From assembly GCA_035546035.1 (NCBI GenBank), contig DASZXC010000008.1, forward strand, positions 188,265-252,264: a stretch of 64,000 nt of DNA, given 5' to 3'. Made by a program: the position numbers and the translations under genes. The stretch's first letter is position 1. Every line of letters begins with the position of its first letter. This DNA comes from Minisyncoccota bacterium. Lineage in GTDB: Bacteria > Patescibacteriota > Minisyncoccia > Phycocordibacterales > UBA6065. Below the pieces are notes generated by a model. The model was not told the DNA's origin, did no database searches, and was given only the letters and a program-made list of their open reading frames with translations. Positions 8,691 to 17,822 of this stretch are shown piece after piece.

Positions 8691-9662
8691 TTAATTTTCT
8701 AAAACACTCCTTCTGTCCGCAAGGTATTTTTGGATATTGGAAACCATTTCGGTTCTTCCTTTCTTGTGAGAGTACGGGAGCTTCATGGTTGCATTGATCA
8801 AAACTGCAGCCTGAAGCGCTTTCGCGTTATACGGTTCACCTCCAAAATATCCCTCGATCAGTTGCTCTATCTGCGAGGCCGCTTGTCCTGTGGCAAGCAT
8901 GACGATGCTTCGTCCTAAATCTAGGTATCCGTTATTAAAACGTGGATTCGGATCGAACACGGTGATCGGGTCCGTGTCAAAAATGTTCGATGTTCCGAAA
9001 TCGTCGTGGCAAAAACTACTGCGATTTTCCGACTCGACGTGAGCGGTCATTATTTCGTACGCAGTCGACAATGATCCGTGCTCCGTACCGAGCAGCTTGT
9101 GCTCTTTCACGTAATCGACGCGTTTCTTCATGTCTGGCCCGTTGATCCAGTCGCTGAATCGGGAATATTCCGCCTTGCCGTCCACGACGCCGCCAAAGCC
9201 TTCCGCTTTCGGCGCATGCATTGTTCTCAGTGTCTTTCCGAGGTCGACATATATTTTCTTCTTAAGCGACTCTTCCGGGCTGTACCTGCCAGTGATCACT
9301 GGCGCGTCGATGTATTCCATGAGGATGTAGGAGAGCTCGCCAAACGAGCCTTCCTCATATACGCGAGGCACTTTCACCCCTGCGTTCTCCCATGTCTTAA
9401 GGAAGAGGCCTTCGCCCTTTGAGAAAGCCAGGCTTAGAGGCACCTTGAGGATGAGTTTCTCATCGTTCGTTTCGATTTTAGCCACGAGAGAGCCCGCGCC
9501 TTTCTCGATAAAGTAGATACTCACGTCCTTGCCTTTGAAGAGATCGTGCTTCGAGACGTACTCTTCTATCATTGGGACAAGGCCCGTCCGACGGTCGTTG
9601 AACTTTCTGTCCACGTCGTGTAGAGAGAGTTCGGGTTTGTTAAGGAGGGTCACGTTTGGCAT
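8691..9662 (-). CDS. aminoglycoside/choline-kinase-like phosphotransferase (APH family fold)
   Basis: Brenner-type catalytic motif HDDFGTSNIF and a downstream DPNPRF..GYLDLG, as in APH/ChoK-like kinases. Confidence 0.65.
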   Translation of the reverse strand: MPNVTLLNKPELSLHDVDRKFNDRRTGLVPMIEEYVSKHDLFKGKDVSIYFIEKGAGSLVAKIETNDEKLILKVPLSLAFSKGEGLFLKTWENAGVKVPRVYEEGSFGELSYILMEYIDAPVITGRYSPEESLKKKIYVDLGKTLRTMHAPKAEGFGGVVDGKAEYSRFSDWINGPDMKKRVDYVKEHKLLGTEHGSLSTAYEIMTAHVESENRSSFCHDDFGTSNIFDTDPITVFDPNPRFNNGYLDLGRSIVMLATGQAASQIEQLIEGYFGGEPYNAKALQAAVLINATMKLPYSHKKGRTEMVSNIQKYLADRRSVLEN

Positions 9663-9710
9663 TGGTGTAATTATATCAGGATTTCACATCCCGATTCTTA
9701 ATTCACGGTC

Positions 9711-11042
9711 CTATTCCGCGACAAACGATATCTTCTTGTCCTTGTAGCAGAGCCTGCTCCGCAGATTCGCCAAAAGCTCTCGCTTCTCCGATACGCTTCC
9801 TTCACGCAGGAGGTATTTGGCATACTCTCTCGTATTGATCTCGGTCTCGTCGATGGTCTGCTTTTTGACCGATTTGGTCGCAAGTCTCTGGAGGACGTTG
9901 TATCGCTTGATCTCCTCTTCGAGCTTCATCCTCATGCCGAGTTCGTTTAAGCTCACCTTGTCCATGATCTTGAGGAGCTCGTCTATTAGCTCCTCCTCGC
10001 GGATGTACTTGTTCTTGCAATTTCGGTCTCGCGCTCGGGAACATCCGTAGTATATGTATTTTTGGGACGTACCGTTTTTGAGTAGTTTCCACTTCTCTTC
10101 GGCCGATATACCCGACTGACAGTATCCGCAGGTGAAGAGCTTGGTGAAGGCGAACTCCTTGTTCTCTCGCACGATCTTGTCGCGCTTCAGCTGTTCCTGC
10201 GCCTTGTCGAAGAGGTCTTTGGTGATGATGGGCTCGTGCTTGCCCGTGTACCAGTTGCCGCTATTTCGTGGACGCTCGAAGATGCCGTAATAGAAGGGGT
10301 TTTGGATGATGCGGTATACGCCTGAGAGAGTGAGAGGCTTGTTGCCTCGGGTATAGAAGTTAAGCTCGAAGCGGAGCCAGTTATATATCTTCCGTCCGCT
10401 CCATTGCTCGAAGGCAACCTTTTCATACATCTTCTTTATGATCGGCGCACGGACGGGGTCGATAATGACCTGGCACTTCTTGTCCATGAGCTTTTGATTG
10501 AGGTACCCAAGTGGCGCTGTGCCTGCCCATAATCCCATCTCGGCTCGGGTGCGGAGGCCGCGCTTCACGTTGATGCCTCGGTTGTCGTTTTCAAGCTTTG
10601 CCTGCCCGCAGAGGATCATGAGCATGAACTTGTCGTTCGGGCTATTCGAGAACCTCTGACTGAACGTCCTGATATCCTGAAGCAAGCTCGCATCCATGAG
10701 GTCTACGATGCGGCCGAGGTCGCCTGCGTTTCGAGAAATGCGGTCAGGAGCCCATGTCAGTATTCCATTATACTTCCCAAGCTTGAGTTCCTCGATGATC
10801 TCGTTGAATACGGGCCTCTGGCCAGTCTCCTTGGCCGAGTGCGATTCGCGTTTCATCTCGACGATCTCGAGGCCGTCTCGCTCGGCTAATTGGAGCATCT
10901 CCTTGATCTGACTATCAATCGACAGGATCTGACGCTCCTCGGATTCCGTCGACTTCCTGGCATACAGACAATATTTCACTTTCACGGGGACCGCTACTTT
11001 GGCCAGGGTCCCTAATGGCGCTTGGGCTATATTGTTATTCAT
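9711..11042 (-). CDS. large serine recombinase (phage-type integrase)
   Basis: N-terminal resolvase domain YCLYARKSTESEERQILSIDSQ (catalytic Ser), a recombinase domain and a C-terminal zinc ribbon CGYCQSG...YYGCSRARDRNCKN. Paralog of 28598..29923. Confidence 0.85.
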   Translation of the reverse strand: MNNNIAQAPLGTLAKVAVPVKVKYCLYARKSTESEERQILSIDSQIKEMLQLAERDGLEIVEMKRESHSAKETGQRPVFNEIIEELKLGKYNGILTWAPDRISRNAGDLGRIVDLMDASLLQDIRTFSQRFSNSPNDKFMLMILCGQAKLENDNRGINVKRGLRTRAEMGLWAGTAPLGYLNQKLMDKKCQVIIDPVRAPIIKKMYEKVAFEQWSGRKIYNWLRFELNFYTRGNKPLTLSGVYRIIQNPFYYGIFERPRNSGNWYTGKHEPIITKDLFDKAQEQLKRDKIVRENKEFAFTKLFTCGYCQSGISAEEKWKLLKNGTSQKYIYYGCSRARDRNCKNKYIREEELIDELLKIMDKVSLNELGMRMKLEEEIKRYNVLQRLATKSVKKQTIDETEINTREYAKYLLREGSVSEKRELLANLRSRLCYKDKKISFVAE

Positions 11043-11069
11043 ACATCACAAGGAATGACGCAACGCGCC

Positions 11070-11432
11070 CTAGGAGTCCAGAGCATCCCGAGAGCTAGTT
11101 GTTGGTAACTCGAAGAGATTAAAATCCTCGATTTCTTTCCTGTATTCGTCCATATCGCGCACCACTTTCTTGTATATCTCCGAAACCCGCTTCAGCCTCT
11201 CTTCGCTGGAGACCGAGTTGCTATCAAGGAGAAAATCCACAGCATCGTCGTCGACGAACGTGGCAAGAGAGATATAGCATGCGGCGAGAAAGCTCATGCG
11301 CTCCTTGATGCTTCGCTTAAGGTCGCTTTTCGGCTCGGAGAGGAGCGAGAGCTTATTCAATGTCATGCTCCTTGGCGGTTTGCCGTATCGCATATGTTCT
11401 GTGGCCTTTATAACTGCTTCGATGTCGTCCAC
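11070..11432 (-). CDS. hypothetical protein upstream of the serine recombinase (possible accessory/directionality factor)
   Basis: 120-aa ORF with no recognisable motif. The assignment rests on position only. Confidence 0.3.
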   Translation of the reverse strand: MDDIEAVIKATEHMRYGKPPRSMTLNKLSLLSEPKSDLKRSIKERMSFLAACYISLATFVDDDAVDFLLDSNSVSSEERLKRVSEIYKKVVRDMDEYRKEIEDFNLFELPTTSSRDALDS

Positions 11433-11452
11433 GCATCAAGGAATGACGCCGA

Positions 11453-12139
11453 TTGGGGCGGAAGTCCAGACCTGATTCCGTGTGCTACACTTTTAATGTA
11501 AAGGCAATTGCAGCCAACAAGTCTATGGAATCCTTCTCAAAAGTCATCAACGGAATGCTGGCGATATCTATCGTTCCGTTCATCATGCTCAATGTCTTGG
11601 GAAGCATAGTAAGTACCATTTGGCTTTTGTTTCTCGGCGAATGGCGGCTTGTCGTGATGGGTGTGATCTTCATATTGATCTCGTCGTTTGTCATTTCGAT
11701 ACTCCTCCTTCCAACCATGGGCTTCATGTACCTCATCCTAAAATCGCTTGAGAAAAACAGGAGGGTCTTGGTCGCCATTGTAGGTTGGCTGAATCTCACA
11801 TACACGCATGTGATTGGCCTGGTGTGGACGATAGGAATTTTCATACTGATGTTCAACATCGCTGGAGACGGGAATGTCTTTCCGTATCTGCTCTTCGGAT
11901 ACGGATTAGCGACGGGCCCATACGCGTACATGGCTTCGAAAGAGGATCGAGAAGCGACTGGCTCGCACATGACTGTTTGGCTCTTACAATTTGCATATGC
12001 GCTCCTTTTCCTTTTCTACTACGTCAGCTCGACGCTCATAGCCCTCCCGATCATCCTTATCGTCACTCTCTTGGTCGAGATATGGCTTCTGAAGATTGGT
12101 ATGATCTATCACAAATTGGATACTCAACATGCGCAATAA
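11453..12139 (+). CDS. hypothetical polytopic membrane protein
   Basis: Six or more hydrophobic helices. The true start may be the ATG at about 11525 (MESFSK). Confidence 0.4.
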   Translation: MGRKSRPDSVCYTFNVKAIAANKSMESFSKVINGMLAISIVPFIMLNVLGSIVSTIWLLFLGEWRLVVMGVIFILISSFVISILLLPTMGFMYLILKSLEKNRRVLVAIVGWLNLTYTHVIGLVWTIGIFILMFNIAGDGNVFPYLLFGYGLATGPYAYMASKEDREATGSHMTVWLLQFAYALLFLFYYVSSTLIALPIILIVTLLVEIWLLKIGMIYHKLDTQHAQ

Positions 12140-12428
12140 AGGCTATTCAGGAACGCTCTCGACCGTTTCCGGCATAATGCTCCTGGCTGCTATTCCGTTC
12201 GGCTGGCCGTATTTCTATTTCCAGTTACTCAGATGGGTAGTGTGCACAACTGCGATAGTGAACGCGTACGAGGCGAATAAGAAGCAGAGGAGGAGATGGG
12301 TCTTCATCATGGCGGGAATCGCCGTGCTCTTCAATCCGATCGCGCCGATATTCCTGAGCCGGGGCGTCTGGGCAATTATCGACCTGGCCGCCGCTGTCTG
12401 CATGTTCGTGATCCTCGATAACGAATAG
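12129..12428 (+). CDS. hypothetical small membrane protein
   Basis: 99 aa with 3 predicted TM helices. Overlaps the previous gene by 11 nt. Confidence 0.35.
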   Translation: MRNKGYSGTLSTVSGIMLLAAIPFGWPYFYFQLLRWVVCTTAIVNAYEANKKQRRRWVFIMAGIAVLFNPIAPIFLSRGVWAIIDLAAAVCMFVILDNE

Positions 12429-12433
12429 ATCGA

Positions 12434-13529
<1,096 letters not shown>

Positions 13530-13880
13530 ATGAACGACCTAGACATTCCCATATTCAAGAAATCCTATAATCTCTACAAAGATTTCTATGCTCTCCGCCT
13601 ATCGGTGCCGAAGCAAGATCGCTATACTCTCTGGCAGAAATGCGAGAGTCTACTCGTTGAAGTGCTCGAAGGCATCCTTTTCGCGAGCCAACAGTCGAAA
13701 TTGGAGAAATTACCGACTTTGGAGAAGACGAGTGTCAAACTGAACTTTCTCCGCGTCTGTATCCGTCTCATGAAGGACATCAAGGCAATCGATTCCAAGA
13801 AGTACATCGTGATCGAGGCGAATCTCGATGAGATCGGAAGAATGCTCGGAGGCTGGATAAAATCCACGAAGGGACTCTAA
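13530..13880 (+). CDS. avd: DGR accessory variability determinant (Avd; four-helix-bundle / 23S-IVS protein family)
   Basis: 116 aa with a C-terminus ANLDEIGRMLGGWIKS that closely resembles the Avd/IVS-protein signature. It is transcribed divergently, back-to-back with the RT (CATATG shared by both start codons). Confidence 0.65.
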   Translation: MNDLDIPIFKKSYNLYKDFYALRLSVPKQDRYTLWQKCESLLVEVLEGILFASQQSKLEKLPTLEKTSVKLNFLRVCIRLMKDIKAIDSKKYIVIEANLDEIGRMLGGWIKSTKGL

Positions 13881-13883
13881 CAG

Positions 13884-13905
13884 AAAACCCACATATGTGG
13901 GTTTT
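13884..13905 (+). terminator. hairpin AAAACCCACATATGTGGGTTTT downstream of avd
   Basis: Perfect palindrome, T-rich on both sides. Confidence 0.5.
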
Positions 13906-13926
13906 CTCGGGATAGAGCTATGACTG

Positions 13927-14042
13927 CCGGGCAGCCGACACGCCGATGTTGCCATTGTGGTTGTCGTCGTTCCAGTTGTTGACGTTGAGACCCTTGGAAT
14001 CGAAGTTGCCGACGTTGACACGATTGCCGTCCGAGTCGAGAT
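13927..14042 (-). repeat. DGR template repeat (TR)
   Basis: 116 bp matching the VR at 14402..14517. Its coding-sense strand is adenine/AAC-rich (encodes ...NVGNFDSKGLNVNNWNDDNHNGNIGVSAAR). It is not part of any intact ORF. Confidence 0.8.
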
Positions 14043-14322
14043 ATTGCCCGTTTCCGTCCATGACACCGAGATTTGAGGTTTACTACCTTTGCAGGTCTAT
14101 ATCCTCTCATCTCTGAATTTTATTCGAGAGTAGCTTTCGTCTGAAAGCACCTCCTCTAGAAACGGGCAAGAAGTTCTCTCTATCCTCAAATCGCGCTCTG
14201 CCGTAATCCATAGACTACTAGCACTCTGGCGACACCAAAAAGGTGAGATATCTCGCGAACTTGAACCGTGATCCAAGCTACATGAGCAAGATGCGGATAT
14301 GATACCAAATTTTTATAAAAAA

Positions 14323-14354
14323 GAGGCTTCGCAAAAAAATTTTCGCGAAGCCTC
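14323..14354 (-). terminator. rho-independent terminator of the DGR target gene (10-bp stem GAGGCTTCGC/GCGAAGCCTC plus U-tract)
   Basis: Perfect stem followed by a T-run on the minus strand, downstream of the stop at 14393. Confidence 0.55.
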
Positions 14355-14392
14355 AAGGATTCAAGAGGGACAAGCCCTCAAGGGATCAAGAA

Positions 14393-15199
14393 TCACTGCT
14401 TCCGGGCAGCCGACACGCCGATGTGGCCATGGTGGAGGCCGTCGCTCCAGTCGCCGACGTTGAGACCCTCGGAATCGAAGCCGCCGACGCGGACACGACC
14501 GCCGCCCGAGTCGAGACTGGAAGTCCGAACGTAGACGTCTTCGAAGAGTCGGACACCACGAACCTCGAAATAGGTCGTGATGAACCAGCTCATCTCGGCG
14601 GCGTTCGGCACAATCTCGACTTTGGACAGGAGCTTGGTCTGCTCCTTCCACGTTTTGTTGGTCGAATTCGAGACGGGCGTCTTCTTGATGGCCATCCATC
14701 CCGACGACGTTTTGTCCTCGCGAGCGAACGTCTCCTTGTCTTCGGCATACCATCCGCCCGACTTCGAGTAGAAGTGGGCTGACTGGATCTCCCGAATATC
14801 GAGTGTCGACAGTGCCGTGGGCGGTGCGGGGATGACGGCGTAGCCGTTCTCCTTGCACCACGTGAGCACTTCTTCCGACGGCAGACTTTCGGCGAGGGCC
14901 GTGATCTGTTCGTCGGTGTAGACGATCCCTTTGCGAGCCTTGGCGACTTCCTCCGGCGTGATGAAATCCTCGCCGAGGATTGACTGTGCCAGTGCGTAGT
15001 CGGGTGCTTTGGCCGAGAAGCGACGGATGCCCTGTGCAAGATACGCGGCGAAGCCGGCATTCTCGTTCAGGCGTTGTGCGCTGTCGTCGTCGAGGTTTGC
15101 TTTGTCATATGCAGACCCGACGGTGGACATGAACTTGAGACCTTTGGGGTCCCGATGCGTAACGGTAACAGACGGGGACAATGGTTTCATTGGCGACAT
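14393..15199 (-). CDS. DGR variable (target) protein with a C-terminal lectin-like VR-encoded tail
   Basis: The C-terminal 40 aa (…GGRVRVGGFDSEGLNVGDWSDGLHHGHIGVSAARKQ) are encoded by the VR. This segment aligns with the TR with 17 mismatches, all at TR adenines. No N-terminal signal peptide is seen; the start is uncertain. Confidence 0.75.
   Translation of the reverse strand: MSPMKPLSPSVTVTHRDPKGLKFMSTVGSAYDKANLDDDSAQRLNENAGFAAYLAQGIRRFSAKAPDYALAQSILGEDFITPEEVAKARKGIVYTDEQITALAESLPSEEVLTWCKENGYAVIPAPPTALSTLDIREIQSAHFYSKSGGWYAEDKETFAREDKTSSGWMAIKKTPVSNSTNKTWKEQTKLLSKVEIVPNAAEMSWFITTYFEVRGVRLFEDVYVRTSSLDSGGGRVRVGGFDSEGLNVGDWSDGLHHGHIGVSAARKQ
14402..14517 (-). repeat. DGR variable repeat (VR) at the 3' end of the target gene
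   Basis: Base-by-base alignment with the TR. The substitutions occur only where the TR has A on the coding strand (plus-strand T changed to G, C or A at 17 sites). Confidence 0.8.
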
Positions 15200-15379
15200 C
15201 TTCTAGGTTTGCCGAAAACGTTCGGTACGACTTGCCTCAGTTGAGACGAGCTCTTTGGTGCCTAAGGATATAGGCCGCAAAAAGCTCGTCTCAAACAGTG
15301 ATTTTGTATCAAAGAACTTATCCGATGAACCAACAAATTTCTTTGCGGGTTCAATAGGATGCCGTACGAATACGGCACA

Positions 15380-15401
15380 GAGAGTATTTAGCCAGACTCT
15401 C
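15380..15401 (-). repeat. conserved 3' stem-loop motif, copy 1 (GAGAGT-ctggctaaat-ACTCTC in gene sense)
   Basis: Immediately downstream of 15413..15712(-). Followed by a second hairpin GCCGTAcgaaTACGGC (15361-15376). Confidence 0.5.
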
Positions 15402-15412
15402 AAGAAACTGGT

Positions 15413-15712
15413 TTACATGAAGCCCTCGATTCCGCCTTCTTCCACTTCGCGGAAACGATCTCGAAAGACCTTCATCTGCGCCTTGCCTTCGGGTGTTTTC
15501 AGATGATCCTCGGCCACAATGAATTCCATCGTAGCCTGGGAACAGTCGGGACAGGAGCGCAGGTGAGCGAGGAAGGCCTCCTGCTGTTCTTCGGAGGCGA
15601 GCTCGTTCATTAGGTTAATGTGATCGACCGAATGGAGGCACGGACCTACTGGATTTTTAGGGGAGAAGCAGATTGCCTCAATGAGCTTCTTCTCCATTGA
15701 TTCGGAGAGCAT
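15413..15712 (-). CDS. hypothetical Cys-containing (CPDC) small protein, possible zinc-finger / anti-sigma-like
   Basis: 99 aa with HLRSCPDC and additional Cys/His residues. It is preceded by a conserved palindromic leader and followed by a conserved stem-loop. Confidence 0.35.
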   Translation of the reverse strand: MLSESMEKKLIEAICFSPKNPVGPCLHSVDHINLMNELASEEQQEAFLAHLRSCPDCSQATMEFIVAEDHLKTPEGKAQMKVFRDRFREVEEGGIEGFM

Positions 15713-15718
15713 GGGTTT

Positions 15719-15769
15719 GAAAGAGCGACTCTACAGATCAACAACGTCGTGTTGCGGATCTGATTGAGT
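15719..15769 (-). promoter_or_regulatory. conserved palindromic 5' leader element, copy 1 (core GATC-N17-GATC dyad)
   Basis: About 50 nt that are roughly 80% identical to 16628..16680, immediately upstream of the start of 15413..15712. Confidence 0.3.
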
Positions 15770-15827
15770 AGAGAAGGTTTTTAAGCTTCTCTATTTGGAT
15801 GGCGTTTGCAGGTAACCATCTCATTAC

Positions 15828-16244
15828 CTATGAACGTTCTCCCTCGGCGAATGGCTTGTTAGCCTTTGCCGCTTGGTAGGCCTTACGATAAGGTATGCCT
15901 TTCCACGAGTTATGGAAGAACTGGACAAGCCCTGGTGCGTTGAGTTCGGACTCGACCATATTCTGGTTGAGCCTTCGAACCGACTTCAGGGTAGCCATGA
16001 CACGGCGAGTAGCATCGTATACGTCTCGAGGCGAAATCTTCTCAAGATTCTTGGGGAGCGCCGTAACATTCCGTGCATCCTCGCATACGACAATAGGGAC
16101 TCTCACGAGACGTAGGCTGAAGACAAGTCTTTCGCCTGCATCCACGATTCGGTTCGCTTCCGCCCATGCGGCTAGTTCCTTTTCGATCTCGGCAGCTTTT
16201 TGCTTTATGAGCTCATCTGCCGAAACGGTTGTCGTCGTATTCAT
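15828..16244 (-). CDS. hypothetical protein (translationally coupled to the upstream XRE regulator)
   Basis: 138 aa. Overlaps the XRE gene stop by 4 nt (ATGA-type coupling). Confidence 0.4.
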   Translation of the reverse strand: MNTTTTVSADELIKQKAAEIEKELAAWAEANRIVDAGERLVFSLRLVRVPIVVCEDARNVTALPKNLEKISPRDVYDATRRVMATLKSVRRLNQNMVESELNAPGLVQFFHNSWKGIPYRKAYQAAKANKPFAEGERS

Positions 16245-16621
16245 GCTTGCGGTTGCGTTGAGGGTTGTTGACGACGTTTGAGCAGCTCGCGGATTAGCGA
16301 GATGTTCAAAGGCGCTTTCAGTCCTTCGGCTACCGTAAGGAGGAATTTGAGGTCATCGGCTGTCACCGCGATCTCAATATCCGCCTCGTAGCCGGGAACT
16401 CCGTCCATATCGTAGCCACACATGTTGGCGAGCTCAGTTGCTGGCACTCCATACGCCTGCGCAATGCGGGTAAGTTTAGAGCGCTTGATGCACGTATCGC
16501 CTCTTTCCATGCGGTCGATGGTCGTTCGGTTACAACCAATCTCCATTCCCATCTCCTGGCTTGTGAGGCCAAGAGCAGTCCTTTTTGCGGCAAGGAGCGC
16601 GCCGATTTTCTTTTTGTCCAT
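16241..16621 (-). CDS. XRE-family helix-turn-helix transcriptional regulator
   Basis: N-terminal Cro/C1-type HTH: LTSQEMGMEIGCNRTTIDRMERG. Confidence 0.7.
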   Translation of the reverse strand: MDKKKIGALLAAKRTALGLTSQEMGMEIGCNRTTIDRMERGDTCIKRSKLTRIAQAYGVPATELANMCGYDMDGVPGYEADIEIAVTADDLKFLLTVAEGLKAPLNISLIRELLKRRQQPSTQPQA

Positions 16622-16627
16622 AAAATC

Positions 16628-16680
16628 AAAGAGCTGTGACTCTATAGATCAACGACACCATGTCGCGGATCTAATGGAGT
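16628..16680 (-). promoter_or_regulatory. conserved palindromic 5' leader element, copy 2 (upstream of the XRE regulator; candidate operator)
   Basis: Same motif (GACTCTAnAGATCAAC...GCGGATCT) directly upstream of the XRE HTH gene start at 16621. Confidence 0.3.
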
Positions 16681-16707
16681 GGACGATATTTTATAATCGT
16701 CCATTTG

Positions 16708-16729
16708 GAGAGTATTTAACCAGACTCTC
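16708..16729 (-). repeat. conserved 3' stem-loop motif, copy 2 (GAGAGT-ctggttaaat-ACTCTC)
   Basis: Overlaps the stop of 16732..17187(-). Followed by a second hairpin GGACGATtataaaatATCGTCC (16681-16702). Confidence 0.5.
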
Positions 16730-16731
16730 AA

Positions 16732-17187
16732 TTAACTGAAACGGGAAACGCCCGTCATCGACCGATTTGGCGGCGAAGCGACAGCCTCGATTTCGGCTTG
16801 GTAGCCGAGGCTCGTGAGAGCCCACCGAAGATCCTTTGCGGCATCCGCCACCATCTGGCGCGAATTCTGCTTGAGAAGCTTGGTGTCGATGTGCTGGATC
16901 GTCACCGTCGTGGTCTCGCGCCCGACGCGCACCATGGCCCACACCAGATCGGGTCCTTTGCTGGTCTCACCAAGGACCAGATAGAGATACTCAATGGTGT
17001 CGTCGTCAACGAAGCGATGGCGATTTTCATAGCCCTTCGATTCGATGATGTGGCGAGCGGTCTCGAGCGCCATCCTCCGCTCGTTCCGACGGCGTTTGAT
17101 CGCGCTCAGCCAGAAGCCTCCGAAGAGGGCGACGATGGTGAACGTCCACACACCGAGGATGAGGAGAATTGAAGTCATTGGTTTCAT
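16732..17187 (-). CDS. hypothetical membrane protein
   Basis: Start taken at the internal ATG (MKPMTSILLILGVWTFTIVALFGGFWL), which has one TM helix. The track ORF extends upstream to 17505 through low-complexity sequence. Confidence 0.35.
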   Translation of the reverse strand: MKPMTSILLILGVWTFTIVALFGGFWLSAIKRRRNERRMALETARHIIESKGYENRHRFVDDDTIEYLYLVLGETSKGPDLVWAMVRVGRETTTVTIQHIDTKLLKQNSRQMVADAAKDLRWALTSLGYQAEIEAVASPPNRSMTGVSRFS

Positions 17188-17408
17188 AAGTAAGTTGAGT
17201 TTAGTGAGGAAATCTACGATTCGCTTGGCAACGAGCCAGCAAGTCAATCGCTTCTTTCCTTCCAAACTCAACAAGTCAAAGAACATTCTGTTTCGTCCTT
17301 TTGGACTCGTCAGTCGGGATACGCATCCCGATACAGAGACCGGATTGGAGTCTCCGGTGTTTTTGATTCTGTTGCCAAGATGGTTTTCTCCATCTCCGTC
17401 ACATCGTC

Positions 17409-17663
17409 TCAGGGCAATCCCTGGACGATGGCAACTCTGGTTCCCTTTGAAAGAGGGAAACTCAGCGGGCTCCCGTAAACCCCGATAACCCCGTTGCTGC
17501 GCCACTCCGTGAGGCCGTCATGTTCTTCAGACACATGAGGCAGATCCAGATCCGCCTTGATGGCCTCGTTCGAGTCCGCAACACGTGATTTCTTGGGGAG
17601 GGAACCCTTAAAGTCCTTTTGGGACTTGAATGACTTTTTCGTAACGATGATTTTGGTGGTCAT
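17409..17663 (-). CDS. hypothetical small protein
   Basis: 84-aa ORF in the same orientation as its neighbours, with no motif. Confidence 0.25.
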   Translation of the reverse strand: MTTKIIVTKKSFKSQKDFKGSLPKKSRVADSNEAIKADLDLPHVSEEHDGLTEWRSNGVIGVYGSPLSFPLSKGTRVAIVQGLP

Positions 17664-17798
17664 AGGAATAAAAGAGTAAGTATTTATTCCCTTATTCCTA
17701 TGACCGTCTTAAATTCAAAGAGCTGTACTTTATGAATCCGCGATATCGCTATCGTGAACTCAATGAAGTGGGGAATCTTGTTTAAGGATTCCCCAATT

Positions 17799-17822
17799 TG
17801 AGGGTGTTTAACCAGACCCTCA
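17799..17822 (-). repeat. conserved 3' stem-loop motif, copy 3 (TGAGGGT-ctggttaaac-ACCCTCA; stem covaries, loop is conserved)
   Basis: Overlaps the stop of 17820..18488(-). Followed by a second hairpin GGGGAATCcttaaacaaGATTCCCC (17770-17794). Confidence 0.5.

Noticed and set aside
13919-14050. Orphan C-terminal fragment resembling the 3' end of gene 14393..15199, first read as a pseudogene or partial duplication
   Set aside because: It differs from the gene copy only at positions where it carries adenine on the coding strand. This is the pattern of a DGR template repeat, not neutral decay.
14361-15060. Alternative-frame ORFs 14361..14861 and 14590..15060 overlapping the DGR target gene
   Set aside because: These are high-GC shadow ORFs with Arg/Pro-rich translations. 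The VR/TR relationship fixes the real frame.
15380-17822. Integron attC sites (the loop contains GTTAAAY, which matches the R' core GTTRRRY)
   Set aside because: The match is in the loop rather than in paired R/L boxes. No IntI tyrosine recombinase or attI is nearby, and the stems are far shorter than attC bottom-strand folds.
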